This document shows, in pieces, positions 1-7,743 of a stretch of 13,188 nucleotides of DNA. Position 1 is the first letter of the stretch. Every line of letters starts with the position of its first letter. Below the pieces are notes generated by a model. It saw nothing but the letters and a program-made list of their open reading frames with translations, was not told the origin of the DNA and did not search any database. The translations under genes were made by a program, and so were the position numbers. The stretch is from a virus (lineage: Duplodnaviria; Heunggongvirae; Uroviricota; Caudoviricetes). The stretch covers positions 1-13,188 of the IMG/VR virus record IMGVR_UViG_2617270976_000003. The stretch is one strand, 5' to 3'.

Positions 1-1
1 C

Positions 2-118
2 CAGAAAATCATTGATATGGCCATGAATGGCGTTGGATGCCGGGCAACAGCCCGCATTATGGGCGTTGGCCTCAACACGATTTTACGTCACTTAAAAAAC
101 TCAGGCCGCAGTCGGTAA
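2..118 (+). CDS. insA: IS1 InsA, C-terminal part only (5' end off-window)
   Basis: Frame from position 2 translates to [38 protein letters not shown], stop taa at 116-118; matches the InsA C-terminus as recalled. Confidence 0.85.
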
Positions 119-540
119 CCTCGCGCATACAGCCGGGCAGTGACGTCATCGTCTGCGCGGAAATGGACGAACAGTGGGGCTATGTCGGGGCTAAATCGCG
201 CCAGCGCTGGCTGTTTTACGCGTATGACAGTCTCCGGAAGACGGTTGTTGCGCACGTATTCGGTGAACGCACTATGGCGACGCTGGGGCGTCTTATGAGC
301 CTGCTGTCACCCTTTGACGTGGTGATATGGATGACGGATGGCTGGCCGCTGTATGAATCCCGCCTGAAGGGAAAGCTGCACGTAATCAGCAAGCGATATA
401 CGCAGCGAATTGAGCGGCATAACCTGAATCTGAGGCAGCACCTGGCACGGCTGGGACGGAAGTCGCTGTCGTTCTCAAAATCGGTGGAGCTGCATGACAA
501 AGTCATCGGGCATTATCTGAACATAAAACACTATCAATAA
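37..540 (+). CDS. insB: IS1 InsB (transposase catalytic part; expressed in vivo as the InsAB' frameshift fusion)
   Basis: 167-aa [28 protein letters not shown]...HYLNIKHYQ, which I recognise as the IS1 InsB sequence; it sits in the -1 frame relative to insA. Confidence 0.9.
94..100 (+). other. IS1 programmed -1 ribosomal frameshift slippery heptamer (A6C) producing the InsAB' transposase
   Basis: Sequence aaaaaac at 94-100 inside cttaaaaaactcagg, near the insA 3' end and overlapping the insB frame; this is the established IS1 recoding site. Confidence 0.8.
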
Positions 541-560
541 GTTGGAGTCATTACCTGTTA

Positions 561-1247
561 GTGGATGACTGTCCACGATGTGGATCACAAAAAATAGCGT
601 TTGATGTTAATGGGCTGAATTGCACTAGGGTTTACAATGCATTGGGCGGGGGTAAAACATACGAGTACGAGGTCTATTGTGTTTGCCGAGAGTGTCATAA
701 AACGACAATGTTTCTTTGCAGACCTTTAACGAAAAATAAAACTTTAGATGGCTATAATTGGGAAAGTGGAATATTCGGCTTAAAGGAAGTTGCAGAGGTT
801 GTTAGGCCTATATCACCGGCAGACTTAGCAGTAGAGGAGCCACCAGAGTTCTTACCTGAGCATATCAATAGTGCATATGAGGAAGGGGCGAAATGTTTGG
901 CTATAGGTTGTTATAATGCAGCAGCAACCATGTTTAGGCTTTGCCTTGATTATGCCACAAAAGGACTTCTTCCTGATGGGGAGCAAGGGCCTGCGCAAAA
1001 AATAAGGAGAAGCCTAGGGTTAAGAATGGAGTGGTTATTTGATAATCATCTACTGCCTGAAGCTTTAAGGGAACTAGCTGAATGCGTTAAAGATGACGGA
1101 AATGATGGAGCGCATGAAGGTATTTTGGATAAAGCTGCTGCTGAGGATCTTGAAGATTTTACCTATCTTTTTTTAGAACGGCTTTACACTGAACCTCAAC
1201 GCCTTATCGAAGCCAAGACAAGGCGTGAACAAAGAAGAAACAAATAA
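561..1247 (+). CDS. Cargo protein: N-terminal C4 zinc ribbon plus C-terminal domain with a GN..AH motif (DUF4145/HEPN-like?); candidate abortive-infection or defence effector
   Basis: 228-aa ORF in visibly AT-rich DNA between the IS1 end (555) and the portal gene stop (1256). Cys at residues 4, 7, 42, 45 (CPRC ... CREC) suggests a zinc ribbon. C-terminal ECVKDDGNDGAHEG (nt 1089-1115) resembles the GN..AH signature I associate with DUF4145-type domains. The start is uncertain: GTG at 561 is the first start after the IS1 end and the frame stays open upstream into IS1, so the native 5' end may have been removed by the insertion. Confidence 0.75.
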   Translation: MDDCPRCGSQKIAFDVNGLNCTRVYNALGGGKTYEYEVYCVCRECHKTTMFLCRPLTKNKTLDGYNWESGIFGLKEVAEVVRPISPADLAVEEPPEFLPEHINSAYEEGAKCLAIGCYNAAATMFRLCLDYATKGLLPDGEQGPAQKIRRSLGLRMEWLFDNHLLPEALRELAECVKDDGNDGAHEGILDKAAAEDLEDFTYLFLERLYTEPQRLIEAKTRREQRRNK

Positions 1248-1255
1248 GTTCGGAA

Positions 1256-2290
1256 TTATTCTTCTGAAAGAATATAGGGCGTAAATTTAATCACTTCTTC
1301 GCCCAGCCAGTCGTTCAGCTCTTGTAGCCTTTTTTGCAAGGGCGTTAATTCATTACGTACAAATACGCGACTGGCCTTCTCCACATCCCCAAACCCTCCA
1401 ACATTATTAGGCATAATCCCCATCATTTGCGGCGGCACGCGGTGCGCAGCCATCATGTCGTCGCGGCTGACATTTTTGATATTCAAAAACTCATCCTTCG
1501 CCGCGACTTCTGACAATGGGATGATCTGAAGCCCGTCTTTTTTGCCGTTAGGCGAGTACATAAACAGGTTGCGGAAGTTGCCTGGACCTTTGGCGCTTTT
1601 CATCGCATTGCGGAGGTTGTTCACATCCTCCTGGTTTTGCGCGGCATCGGTCATGTACATGATAAAGCCCGCATGACTGCCGTTAATGTAATACTTGCGA
1701 CGGAACAGCGTGGCGGACTCGTTGAGCAGGGCTGACGGAATGGCAGAAAGATAACCGGGCAGGCCGTAGATCTCCTGATTAATATCCGGTTCCATCAGAT
1801 GAAAAATGCTGCCTTTCGTGAACTGATACGGCTGGGTTGTCATACCGTATTGCACAAACCAGTAGGTATCCAGGTCTAACCCGCGTCGGGTGTATTTTGC
1901 CAGTGCAGGCTCAAGGGCGATAACTTCACCGAAGCGGTTCGTGCGTTTCTCCAGGTAGGCGTTACCAAAAACCAGATAGTCCTGCACAAAACGCGAAAAA
2001 GCCTGCTGGCTGAGCAGCGGGTGAGGGATGTAGGTGCTGGTCAGAATGTTGCACTTTACTGCAATCGGGGAACTATGATGCACGGCAGCGCGGAAGGTGC
2101 GCGCCAGTCCGTCAAAGCTGACGGGCGGCTCATACCAGCGGTCCATCTGTACGCATTCCACATAATCCAGCAGTTCTCGGCGGTCCAGAACAGGAACGGG
2201 ATCGCCGAAGCTGAATGCTTCGGCTGTAGTTTGACTTTTAAGCTGGATCTGTTTCGTCGCCGCAGCGCGGTTCTTCTTACTCTTTCCCAT
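1256..2290 (-). CDS. Q: Portal (capsid portal vertex) protein, P2 gpQ-like
   Basis: 344 aa from the ATG at 2290-2288, the same length as P2 gpQ; immediately downstream of the large terminase with a TGATG stop/start overlap, as in P2. The ORF track extends it by one TTG codon to 2293. Confidence 0.9.
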   Translation of the reverse strand: MGKSKKNRAAATKQIQLKSQTTAEAFSFGDPVPVLDRRELLDYVECVQMDRWYEPPVSFDGLARTFRAAVHHSSPIAVKCNILTSTYIPHPLLSQQAFSRFVQDYLVFGNAYLEKRTNRFGEVIALEPALAKYTRRGLDLDTYWFVQYGMTTQPYQFTKGSIFHLMEPDINQEIYGLPGYLSAIPSALLNESATLFRRKYYINGSHAGFIMYMTDAAQNQEDVNNLRNAMKSAKGPGNFRNLFMYSPNGKKDGLQIIPLSEVAAKDEFLNIKNVSRDDMMAAHRVPPQMMGIMPNNVGGFGDVEKASRVFVRNELTPLQKRLQELNDWLGEEVIKFTPYILSEE

Positions 2291-4056
2291 CAAAAAATCT
2301 CCACAATATTGCTGGTATTGGCGGATTCGCCCTGCAGCGGTTCGTTAAACAGTGCGTGCATCGTTGCCCAGGCCAGATCGGCGTGGCTGGCTTCTTCGCT
2401 GCGGCTGGCTTCATAGGTCGGGCGGTTGCCACTGGCGGTGGTGGCGCGACGGATTGCCATAAAGGACTGCGCTATGTCGGTGTGTCCGGCGTCAAACTCC
2501 AGACGGCGGTGGCTGATAATGTCGTAGGCCTTGAGTACCAGGGCGTTTTTAACGTTGGGGTTGTAGACAAACTCCCGGACGGCAGGAAAAAACGCTTTCA
2601 CGTTCTCGTAAACCCCGTGACCAACGCCGGTTGAGTCGATACCGATATAGGTCACGTTGTACTGTTCGGTCAGTTTTTTGATGGCGTCAGCCTGGGCGCG
2701 GAAGTCCATTCCGCGCCACTGGTGACGCTCAAGAATGCGGAACTTACCGCCCGGCACGGCTGGCGGCGCCACCACCACGCATCCGGCGCTGTCGCCGTTC
2801 TGCGTACCTTTCGCCGGGTCATATCCGATCCACACTTCGCGCCAGCCAAACGGGCGCAGGGCCAGTGCATGAAAGTCGGTCCAGACTTCCCAACTGTCCA
2901 CCATGCACGCCTGCAGCTCGCTGAGCGGGAACACGGACGCGAGATCGTCCACGAACTCGCACATCAGCAGGTTCTGGTATTCGTCCGGGCTGTACTCCAT
3001 GCGCAACTGGTCAAGGTCGAACAGGTTACAGCCGCCGCGCACCGCATCTTCCACGGTGACTATCTGGCGGTACTGCCCGTCTGCGCACAGCAGGCCGGGG
3101 GCCAGATTGCTGTGGGACAGGTCGATGTCCACCTTATCGGCTTTGTTGCGCCCTCGGTTGAACAGCGCACCGGACCAGAACGGATAAGCACTGTGTGTCA
3201 GGCTGGATGGCGTGGAAAAATAGGTTTGTCGCCATTTTTTGTGAATAGCCATACCGGAAGCCACTTTGCGCAGCTCCTGGAATTTCGGTATCCAGAAATA
3301 TTCATCCAGATACAGGTTGCCGTGGTAACTCTGGGCCGTGCGGGCATTGGTGCCGAGGAAGTAAAGCGTGGCCCCGTTAGGAAGCACCATCGGATCGCCT
3401 TTCAGCTCCACCTCGACTTCTTTGGCGAAGTCGATGATGTACTGCTTAAAGACGTGGGCCTGTGCCTTACTGGCGGAAAGGAAAATCTGGTTACGTCCGG
3501 TCAGCAGGGCGTCAATCAGGGCTTCACGGGCAAAGTAAAAGGTCGCGCCGATCTGGCGAGACTTCAGCAGGTTGCGGATGCGATTGGTTTTTCCGGCTTC
3601 CCACCAGTGGCGCTGGTAGTTGAACATGGAGGAATGGAAGATTTCTTCCAGCTTCTCAATCTGTTCATCGGTGAAAACATTCTTTTCCGGCTGACGGCGC
3701 GGCCCTTTGTTGCGGTTGGCGACGTTAGGGTTTAAGTCGGCTTCGTTGCCGCCATTGTTAAACTTGCCGATCCGCGCGTGGCGCTCCGACTGGCGCGCCA
3801 GCAGGTCAATTTCTTTGAAATCTTTCCCTTCTTTGTGCTCCTTCATAATGAGCTGGCAGTAGCGGGCGGCGGTGGTGAGCTGCATCTGATCCAGCGGCCC
3901 ATAGTCACCCCACTTGTCGCGTTTTTTCCAGCTGTGAACGGTTGCAACTTTCTCGCCCAGCATTTCAGCAATGCGGGCTACGCGGTATCCCTGAAAGTAC
4001 AGCAGCATGGCCTGCCGACGGGGATCGAGATCTGCGGGTGTCAGTGTGGTGTTCAT
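2290..4056 (-). CDS. P: Terminase large (ATPase) subunit, P2 gpP-like
   Basis: 588-aa ORF (P2 gpP is ~590 aa), divergent from the scaffold/capsid operon as in P2. The long plus-strand ORF inside it is antisense noise. Confidence 0.9.
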   Translation of the reverse strand: MNTTLTPADLDPRRQAMLLYFQGYRVARIAEMLGEKVATVHSWKKRDKWGDYGPLDQMQLTTAARYCQLIMKEHKEGKDFKEIDLLARQSERHARIGKFNNGGNEADLNPNVANRNKGPRRQPEKNVFTDEQIEKLEEIFHSSMFNYQRHWWEAGKTNRIRNLLKSRQIGATFYFAREALIDALLTGRNQIFLSASKAQAHVFKQYIIDFAKEVEVELKGDPMVLPNGATLYFLGTNARTAQSYHGNLYLDEYFWIPKFQELRKVASGMAIHKKWRQTYFSTPSSLTHSAYPFWSGALFNRGRNKADKVDIDLSHSNLAPGLLCADGQYRQIVTVEDAVRGGCNLFDLDQLRMEYSPDEYQNLLMCEFVDDLASVFPLSELQACMVDSWEVWTDFHALALRPFGWREVWIGYDPAKGTQNGDSAGCVVVAPPAVPGGKFRILERHQWRGMDFRAQADAIKKLTEQYNVTYIGIDSTGVGHGVYENVKAFFPAVREFVYNPNVKNALVLKAYDIISHRRLEFDAGHTDIAQSFMAIRRATTASGNRPTYEASRSEEASHADLAWATMHALFNEPLQGESANTSNIVEIF

Positions 4057-4102
4057 GGCACAAACCTACAGCCTTGAATGAAGGCTTTCCCCGCCTGCGG
4101 TT

Positions 4103-4120
4103 TGTGTGGTTGTCGGTACA
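4103..4120. promoter_or_regulatory. Candidate late-promoter activator (Ogr/Delta-type) binding element, TGT-N12-ACA, in the P/O divergent region
   Basis: tgtgtggttgtcggtaca fits the TGT-N12-ACA partial dyad reported around -55 of P2-family late promoters; its centre is ~87 bp upstream of the O start codon, compatible with a rightward promoter carrying a ~30-nt leader. Motif match only. Confidence 0.4.
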
Positions 4121-4198
4121 AATACCGCGCATTGTTTCACTGCCCCCATCACCGCAACCATAAGGCTCCAGTAAGTTTTTTCTAACGGAGCACGGCTC

Positions 4199-5032
4199 AT
4201 GACAGTGAAAGCAAAGCGTTTTCGCATCGGGGTGGAAGGTGCCACTACCGACGGACGCGAAATCCAGCGTGAATGGCTGGAACAGATGGCAGCCAGCTAC
4301 AACCCGGCGGTGTATACCGCGCTGATTAACCTTGAGCACATTAAGTCTTATCTGCCGGACAGCACGTTTAACCGCTACGGCAAGGTGACGGCGCTGTTTG
4401 CTGAAGAAATCGCGGAAGGTCCGCTGGCAGGCAAGATGGCACTGTATGCCGACGTTGAGCCAACGGAGTCCCTGGTGGAACTGGTGAAAAAAGGCCAGAA
4501 ATTATTCACCTCTATGGAAGTCAGCCCGAAGTTTGCTGATACGGGCAAAGCCTACCTGGTCGGCCTGGCTGCCACTGATGATCCCGCCAGTCTGGGTACG
4601 GAAATGCTGACATTCAGCGCCAGTGCAGCCCATAACCCGCTGGCAAACCGCAAGCAGAATCCTGCCAATCTTTTTACCGCTGCAGAGGAAACGGTGATCG
4701 AACTGGAAGAAATCCAGGAGGACAAGCCGTCCCTGTTTGCCCGCGTCACGGCGCTGTTTACCAAAAAAGAGCAGTCCGATGACGTCCGGTTCTCTGATGT
4801 GCATAAGGCCGTGGAACTGGTCGCCACTGAGCAGCAGAACCTGAGCACGCGCACCGAAAAATCCCTGTCTGAGCAGGAAGAACGCCTGTCTGAGCTGGAG
4901 ACTGCTCTGCAGGAGCAGCAAACCGCCTTTAACGAACTGGTGGATAAGCTGAGTCATGAAGACAGCCGCCAGGACTACCGCCAGCGTGCAACAGGCGGCA
5001 ACGCCCCCGCTGACACTCTGACCAATTGCTGA
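4199..5032 (+). CDS. O: Capsid scaffolding protein, P2 gpO-like
   Basis: 277-aa ORF; N-terminal FRIGVEG..DGR and C-terminal ATGG....TLTNC closely resemble P2 gpO as recalled; GGAG RBS upstream; position before the major capsid gene. Confidence 0.92.
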   Translation: MTVKAKRFRIGVEGATTDGREIQREWLEQMAASYNPAVYTALINLEHIKSYLPDSTFNRYGKVTALFAEEIAEGPLAGKMALYADVEPTESLVELVKKGQKLFTSMEVSPKFADTGKAYLVGLAATDDPASLGTEMLTFSASAAHNPLANRKQNPANLFTAAEETVIELEEIQEDKPSLFARVTALFTKKEQSDDVRFSDVHKAVELVATEQQNLSTRTEKSLSEQEERLSELETALQEQQTAFNELVDKLSHEDSRQDYRQRATGGNAPADTLTNC

Positions 5033-5048
5033 TGGAGCATAAAACCCA

Positions 5049-6107
5049 ATGAAGAAGAATACCCGTTTTGCTTTTAACGCTTACCTGCAGCAACTGGCGC
5101 GTCTGAACGGTGTGGCAGTTGAGGAACTGTCCAGCAAGTTCACCGTAGAGCCGTCTGTGCAGCAGACGCTGGAAGACCAGATCCAGCAGTCCGCCGCTTT
5201 CCTGACGCTGATTAACGTCACGCCAGTGACTGAGCAGTCCGGTCAGCTGCTTGGATTGGGTGTTGGCAGCACCATTGCCGGAACCACTGACACCACCGCG
5301 AAAGAGCGTGAACCTGTCGATCCGACGCTGATGAGCGATGTGGAATACAAATGCGAACAGACCAACTTTGACACGGTGCTGACCTACGCGAAGCTGGACC
5401 TGTGGGCGAAGTTTCAGGATTTCCAGGTGCGTATCCGTGACGCCATCGTGAAACGCCAGGCACTGGACCGCATCATGATCGGCTTTAACGGCGTGAAGCG
5501 TGCGAAAACCTCCAACCGTAGCGAAAACCCGCTGCTGCAGGATGTGAACAAAGGCTGGCTGCAGAAAATCCGTGAGGATGCACCGGATCACGTCATGGGC
5601 AGCACCACCACGGGCGGTGAAACCACACCGGGTGCGGTGAAAGTCGGGAAAGGTGGCGAATATGCCAACCTGGACGCCGTGGTGATGGATGCGGTCAATG
5701 AGCTTATCGACGTGGTCTACCAGGACGATGACGATCTGGTGGTGATTTGCGGTCGTGAGCTGCTGTCTGACAAGTATTTCCCGCTGGTCAACAAAGAGCA
5801 GGAAAACAGTGAAAAACTGGCTGCCGATATGATCATCAGTCAGAAACGCATGGGTGGCCTGCAGGCCGTGCGTGCGCCGTTCTTCCCGCCGAATGCGCTG
5901 CTGATCACCCGTCTGGATAACCTGTCCATTTACTGGCAGGAAGACACCCGCCGCCGTTCGGTTATCGACAACCCGAAACGTGACCGGATTGAAAATTTTG
6001 AATCCGTTAACGAAGCCTATGTGGTTGAGGACTACCGCTGCGCCGCACTGGTGGAAAACATCCAGATTGGCGACTTCAGCGCCGCCGCAGCAGAAACCGG
6101 AGCGTAA
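5049..6107 (+). CDS. N: Major capsid protein, P2 gpN-like
   Basis: 352-aa ORF with strong recalled similarity to P2 gpN throughout (e.g. RFAFNAYL, FTVEPSVQQTL, LDLWAKFQDFQVRIRDAIVKRQALD, GFNGVKRA, LAADMIISQKR); GGAG RBS. Confidence 0.95.
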   Translation: MKKNTRFAFNAYLQQLARLNGVAVEELSSKFTVEPSVQQTLEDQIQQSAAFLTLINVTPVTEQSGQLLGLGVGSTIAGTTDTTAKEREPVDPTLMSDVEYKCEQTNFDTVLTYAKLDLWAKFQDFQVRIRDAIVKRQALDRIMIGFNGVKRAKTSNRSENPLLQDVNKGWLQKIREDAPDHVMGSTTTGGETTPGAVKVGKGGEYANLDAVVMDAVNELIDVVYQDDDDLVVICGRELLSDKYFPLVNKEQENSEKLAADMIISQKRMGGLQAVRAPFFPPNALLITRLDNLSIYWQEDTRRRSVIDNPKRDRIENFESVNEAYVVEDYRCAALVENIQIGDFSAAAAETGA

Positions 6108-6110
6108 ACC

Positions 6111-6761
6111 ATGAGCCTGAGTCCCGCACGGCAGCATCGCCTGCGCGTTCAGGCTGAACAGGCCGCCCGCGAGGGCGGCAGCGTTCGCCACGCGTCGGGC
6201 TATGACCTGATGCTGCTGCAACTGGCAGAAGACCGCCGCCGTCTCAAGGGCGTTCAGTCCACGGTCAAAAAAGCGGAAATCAAGGTGGAGCTGCTGCCGA
6301 AATACGCCGCCTGGGCGGAGGGTGTCCTGGCTGCCGGAGGCGCTCAACAGGATGACGTGCTGATGTACGTGATGCTGTGGCGCATTGATGCCGGAGATTA
6401 TGTCGGAGCGCTGGAGATCGGGCGTCATGCCCTGCGTCATGGCTGGGTGATGCCGCTGGGTAACCGCAACGTGCAGACCGTGCTGGCAGAGGAAATGGCA
6501 GACGCAGCGCAGAGCGCAATGCTTGCCACTACCGGCTTTGATGTCGATCTGCTGCTGCAGACGCTGGAGCTGACAGACGGTCTGGATATGCCGGACCAGT
6601 CACGGGCGCGTCTGCATAAAGCGATTGGCGCTGTCCTGAGTGAAAGTAATCCGGCTTCCGCCCTTAATCATCTCAACCATGCGTTACAGCTCGATCCCCG
6701 CTGTGGCGTGAAAAAAGACAAACAGCAGCTGGAGCGCAGACTGCGCAATGACAGCCGCTGA
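6111..6761 (+). CDS. M: Terminase small (endonuclease) subunit, P2 gpM-like
   Basis: 216-aa ORF directly after N; recalled similarity to P2 gpM (RHA.GY..ML..LA.D, GAQQDDVLM.VMLWR.D.GD..GALEI); shorter C-terminus than P2 gpM (~247 aa). Confidence 0.9.
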   Translation: MSLSPARQHRLRVQAEQAAREGGSVRHASGYDLMLLQLAEDRRRLKGVQSTVKKAEIKVELLPKYAAWAEGVLAAGGAQQDDVLMYVMLWRIDAGDYVGALEIGRHALRHGWVMPLGNRNVQTVLAEEMADAAQSAMLATTGFDVDLLLQTLELTDGLDMPDQSRARLHKAIGAVLSESNPASALNHLNHALQLDPRCGVKKDKQQLERRLRNDSR

Positions 6762-6856
6762 CAGAACGTGCCCCCGCGCACGGGCGGCACGGGGTGGCGA
6801 AAGGCACTGCCACATCAAAACCCCGTCCACCGCCCTTTATTTCAGGAGAAAGCAGC

Positions 6857-7321
6857 ATGAAGTTTGTTGCGCCAGAACAGGCACCGGAACAGGCGGAAAT
6901 CATCAGAAATACGCCGTTCTGGCCTGATGTGGACCTGTCGGAGTTTCGCAGTGTCATGCGCACTGACGGCACGGTGACGCAGCCGCGTTTAAAGCAGGTT
7001 GCGCTGTCGGCAATTTCGGAGGTCAACGCAGAGCTGTATGAGTTTCGCAGACGCCAGCAGATGCTGGGGTATGCCTCGCTGGCAGAAGTCCCGGCGGAAC
7101 AACTGGACGGCAAAAGCGAGCGCATTCAGCACTATTTCAACGCGGTTTACTGCTGGGCACGCGCCATGCTCAACGAACGTTACCAGGACTATGACGCCAC
7201 GGCATCCGGTGCGAAGCGAGGCGAGGAACTGGCGGAAGCAAGCGGTGATTTATGGCGTGACGCCCGCTGGGCCATCAGCCGGGTGCAGGATGCGCCGCAC
7301 TGCACAGTGGAGCTTATCTGA
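6857..7321 (+). CDS. L: Head completion/stabilisation protein, P2 gpL-like
   Basis: Start chosen at the ATG at 6857, which has an AGGAG RBS 8 nt upstream; the ORF-track start at 6794 has no RBS and would add a non-homologous N-terminus. ELWRD.RWA..R.Q..P.C.V..I at the C-terminus resembles gpL. Confidence 0.88.
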   Translation: MKFVAPEQAPEQAEIIRNTPFWPDVDLSEFRSVMRTDGTVTQPRLKQVALSAISEVNAELYEFRRRQQMLGYASLAEVPAEQLDGKSERIQHYFNAVYCWARAMLNERYQDYDATASGAKRGEELAEASGDLWRDARWAISRVQDAPHCTVELI

Positions 7322-7524
7322 TGAAAGTGCGTGCGCATCAGTATGACACGGTGGACGCACTTTGCTGGCGTCATTACGGGCGCACGCAGGGTGTCACGGA
7401 GCAGGTACTGAAGGCAAATCCGGGGCTTGCCGAATACGGCCCCTTTTTACCTCACGGGCTGCAGGTGGAGCTGCCGGACATTCCGACAACCACCACCGTG
7501 CAGACCGTCCAGCTATGGGACTGA
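7321..7524 (+). CDS. X: Tail protein X (LysM-like), P2 gpX-like
   Basis: 67 aa, the same length as P2 gpX; ATGA stop/start overlap with L; conserved position before the lysis cassette. Confidence 0.85.
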   Translation: MKVRAHQYDTVDALCWRHYGRTQGVTEQVLKANPGLAEYGPFLPHGLQVELPDIPTTTTVQTVQLWD

Positions 7525-7527
7525 ATT

Positions 7528-7743
7528 ATGACGCTTGAGCGAATCAGCGCCTTTATCACGTATTGCATCGCCGTCGTGCTGGCCTGGCTGGGCGATTTGT
7601 CCATCAAGGATGCCTCAACGCTGGGCGGCCTGATGATTGGTGTGCTGATGCTGGCTATCAACTGGTACTACAAACACAAAGCCTACCAGCTTCTGCGCGA
7701 CGGGCAGATTTCGCGGGAGGACTATGAATCCATCAATCGTTAA
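7528..7743 (+). CDS. Holin, small two-TMD class (possibly a pinholin given the SAR endolysin downstream)
   Basis: 71 aa with two hydrophobic segments (ISAFITYCIAVVLAWLG and LGGLMIGVLMLAINWYY) and a charged C-terminal tail; overlaps the endolysin start by 20 nt. Confidence 0.8.
   Translation: MTLERISAFITYCIAVVLAWLGDLSIKDASTLGGLMIGVLMLAINWYYKHKAYQLLRDGQISREDYESINR

Larger units (their letters stand above)
1..555 (+). mobile_element. IS1 insertion sequence, right-hand portion; left end lies beyond the window start
   Basis: Window opens inside the insA 3' end, carries the A6C frameshift motif and a complete insB ORF, and ends with the IS1 terminal inverted repeat (plus strand ctatcaataagttggagtcattacc, 531-555). 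Matches IS1 as I recall it; a full IS1 is ~768 bp so ~210 bp are off-window. Confidence 0.9.

Noticed and set aside
216-506. 96-aa minus-strand ORF inside IS1
   Set aside because: Antisense to insB within a well-characterised element; not a known IS1 gene.
1257-1274. Short AT-rich hairpin (tattctt-ctga-aagaata) at the convergent Q/cargo junction, considered as a bidirectional terminator
   Set aside because: Seven weak, mostly A-T base pairs with no flanking T/A tracts, and it overlaps the last codons of Q; too weak to call.
2722-3735. 337-aa plus-strand ORF (and several shorter ones at 2021-2416, 2356-2634, 2903-3187, 3778-4077, 3942-4163)
   Set aside because: Lies entirely antisense to the terminase/portal genes, which have strong positional and length support; long stop-free antisense frames are expected in GC-rich coding DNA. 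No RBS or independent support.
4929-6440. 503-aa minus-strand ORF
   Set aside because: Antisense to the major capsid and small terminase genes, both confidently identified; translation is low-complexity and Arg/Gly/Ala-rich as expected for antisense GC-rich sequence.
6768-6790. GC-rich hairpin just after the M stop codon (stem gtgcc/ggcac plus cccg/cggg, loop cgca), considered as a terminator
   Set aside because: Not followed by a T-tract and sits within the O-N-M-L late operon where read-through to L is expected; may be an RNA stability or processing element but I cannot support a terminator call.
6794-6856. Upstream extension of the head completion gene L to an ATG at 6794
   Set aside because: No RBS, the added residues are unrelated to gpL, and the ATG at 6857 has an AGGAG RBS at ideal spacing.
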